Source of the DNA: Nitrososphaeraceae archaeon | GTDB taxonomy: Archaea > Thermoproteota > Nitrososphaeria > Nitrososphaerales > Nitrososphaeraceae | NCBI GenBank assembly: GCA_035297365.1 | Contig: DATGZA010000013.1 | Coordinates: 1 to 27,780, forward strand | Length of the DNA stretch: 27,780 nt | Reading direction: 5' to 3' | Shown: positions 1-8,618 of the stretch, piece after piece | Layout: each line of letters starts with the position of its first letter | How positions within the stretch are numbered: the stretch's first letter is position 1 | Notes under the pieces: generated by a model | Told to the model about the DNA's origin: nothing | The model's database searches: none | Seen by the model: the letters and a program-made list of their open reading frames with translations, nothing else | Made by a program: the position numbers and the translations under genes

Positions 1-88
1 CTGAACCAGAACCAGCAGTAAACTCTGAACCAGAACCAGCAGTAAACTCTGAACCAGAACCAGCAGTAAACTCTGAACCAGAACCAGC
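1..88 (+). repeat. 24-bp coding tandem repeat (CTGAACCAGAACCAGCAGTAAACT), about 3.7 visible copies
   Basis: Exact 24-nt period read directly. Encodes the octapeptide SEPEPAVN. No spacers between units. Confidence 0.95.
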
Positions 89-260
89 TACTTCAGTTTC
101 TACTAATTCTTCTATATTTGCAAAGAATATTGAATCAACCAACGCGATTCTCAATAATACTGAGAATACTGACAAATCCAATCCATCTATTTTTGGAGTT
201 GACATACCTTCTTTTTCCTCAATAGTTTTCAAGAAGATATTTTCATTTTTATTTAACTAA
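1..260 (+). CDS. 3' end of a Pro/Glu-rich repeat protein (partial; starts before the window), probably surface-associated
   Basis: Frame starting at nt 3 is open: (EPEPAVNS)x3-EPEPATSVSTNSS...GVDIPSFSSIVFKKIFSFLFN, stop TAA at 258-260. Not in the ORF track because its start is outside the window. Confidence 0.75.
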   Translation, partial: EPEPAVNSEPEPAVNSEPEPAVNSEPEPATSVSTNSSIFAKNIESTNAILNNTENTDKSNPSIFGVDIPSFSSIVFKKIFSFLFN

Positions 261-410
261 AGGTCTAGTTTTGATTTCTGTTTCTCAATTACTTTTTAAT
301 GGAATTCTTGTTTCAGTTCCAGTTCAAATTTCAAAAAAACCTATGACTCATTTATATTCTTTCAAAAATTGGTTCAAAAAAATTAAAAGTTAAAGTTTTC
401 ACTTTTTACA

Positions 411-1070
411 TTATTGAGGATACTCTTTGAATGAATTTGATTTTTGACGAATTCTGTCCCCTGGAACATCTGGTATGTCCATGCTTGTCCTTTGTTCTGC
501 GACGAAATTGGCTTCTGCCAAGATCTTTGTAACGTCTTCGTTATTACTATTAAAATCAAATGTGTTGTTCCCAATTCCACTGGCATTATTCAATATATCA
601 TTAAAGGCGCTATTAATATCGTTTAATTCAGTGTCTGCATCAGGTAAAACAAGGTTAATTTTAGATTTTATTTGTGAAAGGGCTCCCATAGCAGGACCTA
701 ATGCTGCCATCGAATCACCCATATCTATCGTAGATTCTAATCTCATATGAACTTGTTCTAATGCCAGTTTTAATTGAGCCATTGTTCTTGCAGTCTTTCT
801 CACCTGAGCTAATTCCGTAGAGACCATCTTTCCTTGTTGTGAATCGTGTTTCTGTAAAGAGGTTACTACTTGGTCAAAATACATTTTTTCCTTTGACTTT
901 AGTCTATCTAGCATTGCGTCAAGCTTCCTATTTTGCATTTGAATCTTATTTTTTGCTATCTCCATTTTAGGCTTCAATGGTTGTTGAGGTTTTAGACTTT
1001 CTTTCAAACTATCAAAAGAATTATTCTTTTTGTCTTTCTTGATCCAGTTATTATCAAATTGGTTGTCCAT
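411..1070 (-). CDS. cdvB: ESCRT-III / Snf7-family protein (CdvB paralogue)
   Basis: Snf7 core pattern PLKPK...KLDAMLDRLKSKE...ELAQVRK...LEQVHMRLESTIDMGD...LPDADTEL, then 'KILAEA' and C-terminal 'IPDVP' (MIM2-like). No C-terminal winged-helix extension and no adjacent cdvA/cdvC, so it is a paralogue. Confidence 0.88.
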   Translation of the reverse strand: MDNQFDNNWIKKDKKNNSFDSLKESLKPQQPLKPKMEIAKNKIQMQNRKLDAMLDRLKSKEKMYFDQVVTSLQKHDSQQGKMVSTELAQVRKTARTMAQLKLALEQVHMRLESTIDMGDSMAALGPAMGALSQIKSKINLVLPDADTELNDINSAFNDILNNASGIGNNTFDFNSNNEDVTKILAEANFVAEQRTSMDIPDVPGDRIRQKSNSFKEYPQ

Positions 1071-1412
1071 GACTCCCTATCCATAGAATTAGACTATTTC
1101 AGATCTTAAACTACAGTGTCATCTTTCCATAACCAACTAGTAATTTTTTGTAAACATTTTGAAGATTAAACAAATTATACAAATATACAAAAAATAATTA
1201 ATTTTAGACCTTTCATCTAAATTGAGATTGTTTAATTAATCGATAGTCGGATTATAATTATGGATACTTATTTAATTTATATAATTAAATTCTATAATTT
1301 TGAATAAATCATACACTTAGGGTTGGTAATTGTTAGGCATCTAATTCACCATTCATATCTAAAAATATTATATTTATAAATATCTTGAATAGTATATCTG
1401 GATTCATCTTAA

Positions 1413-2888
1413 ATGAATATTAAGCAGTGGTGTAATGTAGACGAAAGCTTGATAGTTGCAGAAACAGATGAAATTTATAAAAAATATTCTGGATTAGCAT
1501 ACTCTAACAAGATTATTCTCTCTCTTTCAAAACTCAGATTTATGAATTCAAAATTATTTCTTGATTCATACGACGAACCTGTAGAACTCTATGTCTCAGC
1601 AGCAGATAGTTTTGTAGAATCATCGACTAGAGATCTTGAGTTAAAGTTGCATGATCAAAGAACAAAAAAAATTGTTTCAAAAAAACGTTTGTTTACAGAT
1701 GGTAGACCTATTAACTGGAATAATTGGAGACAATACAACAGTCAGGAAAAAGATTCTGGAAAAAGAAAAGAGGTGTTTGACGAATTTATTATTGCAACAA
1801 AGGATATCTCTCCTATAATATTTGATAGGTTTAAGAAAATTAAGAAACTGTATTCTAAAATAAATGATCAGAATAAATCTGTAAGAACAATTGAACTTGA
1901 TCCCTTGAATTCCTATTTATATCACGAGTGTATCTCCTATGAAAAACTTGTAGATTTTGTTACGCATATGGGAAATAAAGCCAGAAAACCATTTGAAAAA
2001 ACCCTTAAAGATATCTCAAGTGAAATACTCGGTCATAATGCGGAATACTATGACGATTTCTATTTTTTTAGAAATAAGGTTTATGATGATTTCCAGAAAG
2101 TATTTCACAAAATAGATCCAATAAAAGAAGTGAAAAAAATTCTAAAGATTCTATCATTTGATCTTTCCAAAATTAGCTTTGATTTCGAAGATAGAAAAGA
2201 CAAATACCCATCGCCTATCTGTTTTTTTGTTCAGATCCCACAAGATATCAGAATTTTGTACAAAAGTGAAAGTCCCTATTTCGATCTCCAGGGCTGTTTT
2301 CATGAATCTGGCCACGCGATGCATGCAAGTTCTATCAATTCAAAACTAGATTACTGGAAAAAATATTTTATCTCAATGGGCGTGGCAGAAATATTTTCTA
2401 TACTCTTGGAACGGCTAACAAAAAATCGGATATTTATACAAAATAACCTTGGAATAAAGGATTCTAGGTTATTGGATAAGCTAGAACAACGAAATAATTT
2501 CATGGAGCTCTTTTTTGTAACTTTTTATTCAGCAAATTCTCTCATGAAAGCAGATTTTTGGAAAAAAGATCTAAATGTTAGTGAATCCAACTTGTTATAT
2601 TCGCATCTGGTAAAGAGATTTACAGGAATAAAAGTTCCTGGCGAGTATTGGATGTTACACCATATTCTTCCTGAAGCAATCATGTATGTTCCAAGTTATC
2701 TTTTTGCTGCAGTCAGAGCCAAAGAATTAGATTTAACACTTGTAAACCAGTTTGGTGAAAAATGGTGGCTGGAGAAAGCAGCCGGAAACTATCTTCAAGA
2801 TTTGATGTCTCCAGGGTCAGATATCGACCTCTCATCATTTTCCAATTTGGATACTAGCCTCTTCTTAAAAGAGATAAATTCAATCTAA
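1413..2888 (+). CDS. M3-like (gluzincin) zinc metallopeptidase
   Basis: 491 aa. HExxH motif FHESGHAMH, downstream third-ligand Glu in 'GVAEIFS', and C-terminal 'HH...YVPSYLFA' plus 'W...AGNYL...PG' typical of M3/M32-type folds. Confidence 0.75.
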   Translation: MNIKQWCNVDESLIVAETDEIYKKYSGLAYSNKIILSLSKLRFMNSKLFLDSYDEPVELYVSAADSFVESSTRDLELKLHDQRTKKIVSKKRLFTDGRPINWNNWRQYNSQEKDSGKRKEVFDEFIIATKDISPIIFDRFKKIKKLYSKINDQNKSVRTIELDPLNSYLYHECISYEKLVDFVTHMGNKARKPFEKTLKDISSEILGHNAEYYDDFYFFRNKVYDDFQKVFHKIDPIKEVKKILKILSFDLSKISFDFEDRKDKYPSPICFFVQIPQDIRILYKSESPYFDLQGCFHESGHAMHASSINSKLDYWKKYFISMGVAEIFSILLERLTKNRIFIQNNLGIKDSRLLDKLEQRNNFMELFFVTFYSANSLMKADFWKKDLNVSESNLLYSHLVKRFTGIKVPGEYWMLHHILPEAIMYVPSYLFAAVRAKELDLTLVNQFGEKWWLEKAAGNYLQDLMSPGSDIDLSSFSNLDTSLFLKEINSI

Positions 2889-2993
2889 TTTTAACGATCA
2901 ACTGATGCATACTGTATTGTTAAAAAAATAAATATTATGATCCGTAAAGAAATCTAAAAAATTATAAAGTCAATTTTATATAACATAGTTAGA

Positions 2994-3350
2994 ATGAAAA
3001 AAGAATTCATTACATCTAGAATAGAGGCCACACAAGATGGAAGTCCTTATGTTTATGTAACATTCTCAGATCCTAATGACTACAAACCAGGAAGTGATAA
3101 GAAGCTTAACCCTTTTGGAGCGAATGTTATGGCGTTTACTTCTCCGGAAGACCTAATGAAAAATCTGCCAAAAGCAATGGGCGATATTTCAAAAATGATA
3201 TCTGGTAACGTCGGCGGAGTAGGAGGAATGGCTGGTGATAGTCCTACATTCAAGATAAGCATGAGAGATTATGAAGATATGAATATCAAGGTTGGCGATA
3301 AAATCACAATCGAGATAAAGAAATCTGAATATAATAGCGTTTATAAATAG
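2994..3350 (+). CDS. Conserved archaeal hypothetical protein, possibly arcadin-1-like / small beta-barrel
   Basis: 118-aa ORF with TTATAAA about 30 nt upstream. N-terminal beta hairpin, Met/Gly-rich middle, C-terminal 'FKISMRDYEDMNIKVGDKITIEI'. Confidence 0.8.
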   Translation: MKKEFITSRIEATQDGSPYVYVTFSDPNDYKPGSDKKLNPFGANVMAFTSPEDLMKNLPKAMGDISKMISGNVGGVGGMAGDSPTFKISMRDYEDMNIKVGDKITIEIKKSEYNSVYK

Positions 3351-3600
3351 TTAGCATTTTCCAAGAGAATATCGTCATTTTTTATTTATCGATATTCCTT
3401 ACAAAAGTATTCTTTGTAACGAATCTTACACCTACCATCAGATCATGTTGTGGAATTAAATCATTTCTGTAACAATGCTCATAAGGTGACCTGAATAGAC
3501 CCAAATTTGTTCCGAGACAGTGTAATGCGTTCGTCGAATGAGGATATAATTGTACATGTGTCCAAATATGGGCAAATATGGCTGAAAGCTAATAGATAAA

Positions 3601-3735
3601 GTGAGAACAGAGAAAAATAATGATTTAATACATGACGAAATAAATGGCGTTATATGTGCTGATTGTAATTTTAGCAATTCAGCATCTTCTAAATATTGTA
3701 ATCAGTGTGGATCAAAACTTAATAATCTTACCTGA
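3601..3735 (+). CDS. Small zinc-ribbon protein (or 3' remnant of a decayed gene)
   Basis: Own translation from GTG 3601: VRTEKNNDLIHDEINGVICADCNFSNSASSKYCNQCGSKLNNLT*. Matches the CxxC-x10-CxxCG..L zinc-ribbon pattern. Start is uncertain (in-frame TGA at 3583-3585). Confidence 0.6.
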   Translation: MRTEKNNDLIHDEINGVICADCNFSNSASSKYCNQCGSKLNNLT

Positions 3736-3993
3736 ATTAATTTACATCCACTAATTGAGTTCGGGGTTATTGCACCCATGAAATTGGTTCTCTAGACTAG
3801 TTAATACATAGATATTATCGGCAAATACCATCAAAATTAATAGGCCGAATTTGAAGGTATAAAATGTTAATTCAAAATAATTCTCATTACGAATAAATCT
3901 ATCCACTTGATCGATTTTAACAAAAAGTCAGGAAGATATTTTTACTTTGCGTGATATGATTATGTCTACAAATATTTAGTATCGTACTCATAC

Positions 3994-4102
3994 ATCAATT
4001 GCTATTCTTCTTATAGTCAACAATTCAGAATCTTGAAATATTAGAACATTAGATAATGTTCCTACTAACTTTAGATATATTAAATTCACATTTAAGAATG
4101 TA
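3994..4102 (+). promoter_or_regulatory. Conserved upstream/promoter module, copy 1
   Basis: Ungapped match of 87/109 nt (hand count) to the reverse complement of 18857-18965. Contains the near-palindrome AACATTA-GA-TAATGTT and TATA-like TTAGATATATTAAA about 20-30 nt before the ATG. Confidence 0.8.
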
Positions 4103-4834
4103 ATGAAAAATAAAAAGATAGTATTTGCCTCAATCTTGGCAGCAATACTAGCAACAGGCCTATTGGCTCTAAACCCATCAACAATCAGAAATTCACAAGC
4201 AATAATGTACTATGACGAATACGATGATAACACTTACTACAAAGACGACAATAATAGATATGGATACGATAACGATAAAAAGAAAAGTTCTGATGCAAAA
4301 GTGCAGAATATAAAGTGTAACAATATTATCATCAATAAAAATGGAGAAGATGTTGACCAACCACCACAAGATGGTGATTTGACAGCAGCAGCAACACTAC
4401 AAGGATTAGATAATAAAAATTCTGCAATAGATGAGGAAACATCATGGCTTGCAGCATTGAATGAAGAGAGTCAAGGGAACATAAATCTAGATAAAAATGT
4501 TGTCAATGTATGTATTAACAAAAACAATAACCAGATAACAGTAGGGGAACCAATTGAACAACCGCCAGAATCACCAACATGTGAAGGATGTTTTGGTGAT
4601 TTAAGTCCGGAACAAATAGACGATATATTCCCAATTGAGTTTGGCGGCGGAGTTGCATTTCAAACACTGCAAGCTTTATGTGAAACCTTAGACGGTGATT
4701 TAACTGACCAACAAAGGCAAGACTTATACCTGGTAGTCAGCACAGGACTAATCGACGCAGGGAGTCTAAGTGTAGAAGAGATAAACGCCGTTTTAGACTG
4801 CTTAGAAGGACTAGGATTGATTATAGCACCATAA
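4103..4834 (+). CDS. Secreted Asn/Asp-rich hypothetical protein (paralogue of 18452..18856) with an extra C-terminal 4-Cys helical domain
   Basis: Signal peptide MKNKKIVFASILAAILATGLLALNPS...SQA. Motifs 'VQNIKCNNIIINKNG' and 'INLDKNVVNVCINKNNNQ'. C-terminal CEGCF...LCETL...LDCLE. Confidence 0.85.
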   Translation: MKNKKIVFASILAAILATGLLALNPSTIRNSQAIMYYDEYDDNTYYKDDNNRYGYDNDKKKSSDAKVQNIKCNNIIINKNGEDVDQPPQDGDLTAAATLQGLDNKNSAIDEETSWLAALNEESQGNINLDKNVVNVCINKNNNQITVGEPIEQPPESPTCEGCFGDLSPEQIDDIFPIEFGGGVAFQTLQALCETLDGDLTDQQRQDLYLVVSTGLIDAGSLSVEEINAVLDCLEGLGLIIAP

Positions 4835-4851
4835 TTTTTTCCTTTTTTTTT
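4835..4851 (+). terminator. Archaeal oligo-T terminator
   Basis: TTTTTTCCTTTTTTTTT immediately after the stop codon. Confidence 0.6.
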
Positions 4852-4935
4852 CTATAATTAATTAATCTATTACTCTAGCGATATTGCTACTACTAGTAAT
4901 AATATGAGTCGCAGAAAATTTTTTGTCTTGATTAA

Positions 4936-5094
4936 TTAGTGTTGTATTTGTTGTTTTTCTAGATATGGACGTTTATGTCTCTTCTGTGCGTGCAACTCCC
5001 AATATTCTCGCTGAACCGGATTTCAGTATATCAGAGTATTACAACCATAAGTACAGGTTTTAGGATAAATATTACTATTGTTACTTTGACTAAT
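4936..5094 (-). pseudogene. Decayed small Cys/His (putative Zn-binding) protein
   Basis: Minus-strand translation SQSNNSNIYPKTCTYGCNTLIY*NPVQREYWELHAQKRHKRPYLEKQQIQH*. Internal TGA at 5023-5025 is one change from TGG. HKRP is one change from HKCP, which would complete a CxxxC...HxC site. Confidence 0.55.
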
Positions 5095-5104
5095 TTCCTT
5101 TTGG

Positions 5105-5290
5105 TATCCTGTCTCTCTTTGTGTTCTCTGATTAACATCTTGGTAATGTCGTCAAATGTCTATCCTCTCAATCCTATCTCGTTCAATTCAGCCTGAGTTT
5201 CTTTATTATACCACGTTTGATAACATCTTTAGCTTTTTTTATTTTTACGTCAGAGATTTCTATGGTTTGTAGTTTATCTTTTAACACTAC
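5105..5290 (-). pseudogene. Decayed ribbon-helix-helix / antitoxin-like DNA-binding protein
   Basis: Minus strand reads NKETQAELNEIGLRG*TFDDITKMLIREHKER, resembling the archaeal RHH pattern 'et...L...g.kgEtfddii..Li'. TAG at 5160-5162 where GAG is expected, plus an upstream frameshift. Confidence 0.5.
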
Positions 5291-5489
5291 CAATTATCTT
5301 CATGGTCATATTTTATCCCTTTGAAAAGTTATGACATAATAATAATTTTTTGAAAATAAAACATTATTCTCATTTCATATAATATACTAGAAACATTAAA
5401 TAAATAATCATCTGGTATATTATCATAAAATTGTATTCAAATATATATATTAAAAAAATAGCATTTTATCATATTAGGAGGCAAACATA

Positions 5490-6041
5490 TTGGTTAATAT
5501 AGATACTACTGCATCACTTGAAAGTTTTAGACAGTTTATTATTGTAAGTACGTGCAAATCGTTCATTCCCGATAGTTATCTACGTGATTTTGAGGTTTTT
5601 CCAGAACGTGAAGAGGGACCTGGTGCCATATATATAGAGGCAGTCGATAAAGTTACTTTAAAAAGGATCCGTGAAATGACCTTCGTAAATGCAAAGGATG
5701 TATTAGGAATAATCTACTCATCTAAAAGTGGTAATACTCAGCTAAAATGGAGACAGATAAGGAGAAAGACAGGTAAAGTATCTGGGGCAGCTTCCGCTAA
5801 CGCATTGGTTAACCTTGTCGAATCTGGTGTGCTGACTCAAGAGTGGGTCAACGACTATCTGGAATCTGCATCGAATATTACAAAGAAAGATAAAAGTAGT
5901 AATAAAAAAGAGAAAACTAATTACAGTTCTGAAAGTGAAATTTCTATAAACAGAGATGATTCACAATCCTCGTCATCGGCACCTTCATCATCACCATCAT
6001 CACCATCATCGCCGTCAATAAAGTCTTCTTCAAACCAATGA
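5490..6041 (+). CDS. Conserved thaumarchaeal-type hypothetical protein with Ser/Pro-rich tail
   Basis: TTG start with GGAGG about 9 nt upstream. Globular-looking N-terminal 125 aa and a low-complexity C-terminus. Co-oriented with pelota. Confidence 0.85.
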   Translation: MVNIDTTASLESFRQFIIVSTCKSFIPDSYLRDFEVFPEREEGPGAIYIEAVDKVTLKRIREMTFVNAKDVLGIIYSSKSGNTQLKWRQIRRKTGKVSGAASANALVNLVESGVLTQEWVNDYLESASNITKKDKSSNKKEKTNYSSESEISINRDDSQSSSSAPSSSPSSPSSPSIKSSSNQ

Positions 6042-6115
6042 TCTGTTGTTATTGTATTATTATCAAGTGAAATGACAGGTAACAAATGATATTATCTGCC
6101 TTTTTTTAAAGCGCT

Positions 6116-7189
6116 ATGATCAGTAAAGAAGTAAAAGGTTCTTCAGGTAAGGCAATACTGGTGATTCCAGAGGATTCTGACGACCTCTTTGCTTTAAGAC
6201 GCGTGGTTAAACTTGGGGATACTGTCATCTCGGATACTACTAGAGTTATAAAATTTGATAAAGAATTTTCTAGACCCGATAGGGAGAGAGTTAAAATTCG
6301 TGTATCTATAAGAGTTGAAAAAATCAATCTGGATGAAACTATTGACAGACTACGTATATCTGGTATTATTACAGAATCAAACAATAGCCTAGTTGCCAAG
6401 GGAACATATCATTCTGTACTAGTCCAGATAGGAAATTCACTTGTAATTGAAAAAAATAAGAAATGGGATGAACTAGATATAACTTTACTAAAGTCAGATG
6501 TTGCTGGTACATTCATCCTAGTTGCGATTGATACAAAAGAAGCTGGAATAGCAAAGATTACAGGCACTCATCTACAAATAATTCCAAATATATATTCAGG
6601 CCAGAGTGGGAAATATTATTCGCAGACTGCCAGAAATAATCCCAATATAGAAATTTTCTTTGACGAAATAGCAAATACTTTTGTAAATCTAATATACGAA
6701 GAGGGAAAATTTAAAATAATAATATTTGGTCCAGGAGAAACAAAAAGAAAATTTCTGAACTATATACATAGTAAAAAATCTAACTATAAAGATATTTCCT
6801 TGGTAATTGATGGTGTTGATGTTGCTGGTGAAGATGGAATTCTTGTATTTATCAGATCTCCCGCAATAAAGGAAGTGATGAGCTCCAGTAAGATTTCAAT
6901 TGTATCTAATATCATAGATCAAATTATGATTCAGGTTAATAAAGGAGAGCAAAAATATGCTATGGGTTTCAAAGAAGTTTCCGAAGCAGTGAAATTGAGG
7001 TCTGTGGAATCTCTTGTTTTTTCTAACTCCGTTTTTAAGGATTCAAAAGAAGATGATATAATAAATCTTTTAAACAGTGCTGAATCACTGAGTGCAAAAG
7101 TTTACGCTGTGGATTCATCCACTGATATAGGATTGCGTGTTTCTGCTCTTGGGGGTATTGTAGCCATCCTTCGTTACCAGATCCGCTGA
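6116..7189 (+). CDS. pelA: mRNA surveillance / ribosome rescue protein pelota (Dom34)
   Basis: 'PEDSDDLFALRRVVKLGD...TTRVIK', 'RLRISGII...GTYHS', 'IFGPGETK' and C-terminal 'LGGIVAILRY'. eRF1-like three-domain length (357 aa). Confidence 0.95.
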   Translation: MISKEVKGSSGKAILVIPEDSDDLFALRRVVKLGDTVISDTTRVIKFDKEFSRPDRERVKIRVSIRVEKINLDETIDRLRISGIITESNNSLVAKGTYHSVLVQIGNSLVIEKNKKWDELDITLLKSDVAGTFILVAIDTKEAGIAKITGTHLQIIPNIYSGQSGKYYSQTARNNPNIEIFFDEIANTFVNLIYEEGKFKIIIFGPGETKRKFLNYIHSKKSNYKDISLVIDGVDVAGEDGILVFIRSPAIKEVMSSSKISIVSNIIDQIMIQVNKGEQKYAMGFKEVSEAVKLRSVESLVFSNSVFKDSKEDDIINLLNSAESLSAKVYAVDSSTDIGLRVSALGGIVAILRYQIR

Positions 7190-7355
7190 TTCAAGAAAAA
7201 AGAAAGATGTAGACAAATGATTCATTTAATAGAATTGATTTTTATTTTTATTTTTTTCATTTTTTTATCTCCTCTTCTTGTATTTTACTTTACTGGAAAA
7301 ATTTTATCTTTTGTTACTTATTTGATATTAGATAGGATGGAATGTAAAAAAGGGA

Positions 7356-8246
7356 TCAAACAACAATTCCACTATTGGTCGAATCAGGTCCAAGATTTTT
7401 CACTAATATTATTGAAATATTATCCACTCCACCTTTCTCATTTGAAATTTCTACCAGTTTTTTGCATTTTTCTTGACAACTTTTAATTTTAGGATCTGTG
7501 ACGACATTTAAAATTTCTTTATCTGTCATCATCTCATTTAATCCATCAGAACATAATAAAAGATAGTTCCCTACAGGAAATTTAAGGTTGGTTAGGAAAG
7601 GAACAATCTCTTCATTTAATCCCAGAGATTGTGTCAGTATATGACGCATGGGGTGATTAATTGTCTCCTCTTTAGATAATAAACCTCTTCTGAAATGATC
7701 TTCAACTAGTGTGTGATCTGTAGTTAATTTGGAAATCTTTTCAACCCTATTATCAATAAGATATGCCCTGCTATCCCCAAGATTTACTAGATGGATATTG
7801 CCTTGTTCCGATGTTATCGCAAAAACAGCTGTGGTTCCCATTCCATGCAAATAGGGATTATCGACACTCTCTTTCAATATCTTGAAATTTGCAAGATTTA
7901 TTGACTCTAAAATTAGTTTATTTAAGTCTTTTTCTTGTACATGCTCTCTGTTAAGTCTTTCAACTGTATACTGTGAAATTGTGTCTATTGCAATTTTACT
8001 TGCTATTTCTCCGGCGCTATGTCCACCCATTCCATCTGCAATAACAAAAAGCTTTAAATTATCATCCACAAATAGAGAATCTTCATTTTTCTCTCTAACC
8101 AGTCCTATGTCTGTTTTGGATCCTATTTCAAAATGACAACTGTGGGAATTCAAGATTTTTTTGTTAGTACTTTTCGTTCTAAAGTATAAAACGTTATACC
8201 AAAAAAAAGAAAATAAATTTCGTTTGTTTTGTAAAATGTAAATCAA
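7356..8246 (-). CDS. PP2C/PPM-family Ser/Thr protein phosphatase (PrpC/Stp1-like)
   Basis: Motifs 'TDIGLVREKNEDS', 'VIADGMGGHSAGEIAS', 'MGTT', 'NLGDSRAY', 'LTTDH', 'LLCSDGL', 'GGVDNISI'. The true start is probably downstream, for example TTG at 8153. Confidence 0.93.
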   Translation of the reverse strand: MIYILQNKRNLFSFFWYNVLYFRTKSTNKKILNSHSCHFEIGSKTDIGLVREKNEDSLFVDDNLKLFVIADGMGGHSAGEIASKIAIDTISQYTVERLNREHVQEKDLNKLILESINLANFKILKESVDNPYLHGMGTTAVFAITSEQGNIHLVNLGDSRAYLIDNRVEKISKLTTDHTLVEDHFRRGLLSKEETINHPMRHILTQSLGLNEEIVPFLTNLKFPVGNYLLLCSDGLNEMMTDKEILNVVTDPKIKSCQEKCKKLVEISNEKGGVDNISIILVKNLGPDSTNSGIVV

Positions 8247-8282
8247 ATATCGATGATTGGAAGCAAGAAGAAAGATATAGAA

Positions 8283-8618
8283 TTAGCTCTTTATGGATTC
8301 TATCATCCATTTTAGATATGATTTAGCAACGTCATTCATCTTCATTTCAATGATTTCAGGAACGTCATATGGATGGATTCTAGCAATCTCCAATTTCAAT
8401 TTGGTGGCTAGGGATTTCGTAGTCTTGAACAACACCATGATCTCTTCATGATCTTCAAGTTTGTTGTTCCATGAATAGAATGACCTAACAGGCACGAGAC
8501 TTATACATGCACATAATTTTTTTTCGATAATTACCTCGTTTACATTTTGGATTATTGATTCCTTATTTGGAAATGTTGATAGTATTATTACAGCTGACTG
8601 GTTTCTCCCCCGCCTCAT
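8283..8618 (-). CDS. cutA: Divalent-cation tolerance protein CutA
   Basis: 'KKLCACIS...SFYSWN..LE...E...LFKT...HPYDVPEII' signature, 111 aa. Confidence 0.95.
   Translation of the reverse strand: MRRGRNQSAVIILSTFPNKESIIQNVNEVIIEKKLCACISLVPVRSFYSWNNKLEDHEEIMVLFKTTKSLATKLKLEIARIHPYDVPEIIEMKMNDVAKSYLKWMIESIKS

Noticed and set aside
1-88. 24-bp repeats as a CRISPR array
   Set aside because: Head-to-tail with no spacers, length is a multiple of 3 and in frame with a coding sequence, and no cas genes are present.
7217-7486. 89-aa hydrophobic ORF
   Set aside because: Derived from T-rich convergent terminator DNA and overlaps the PP2C gene antisense.
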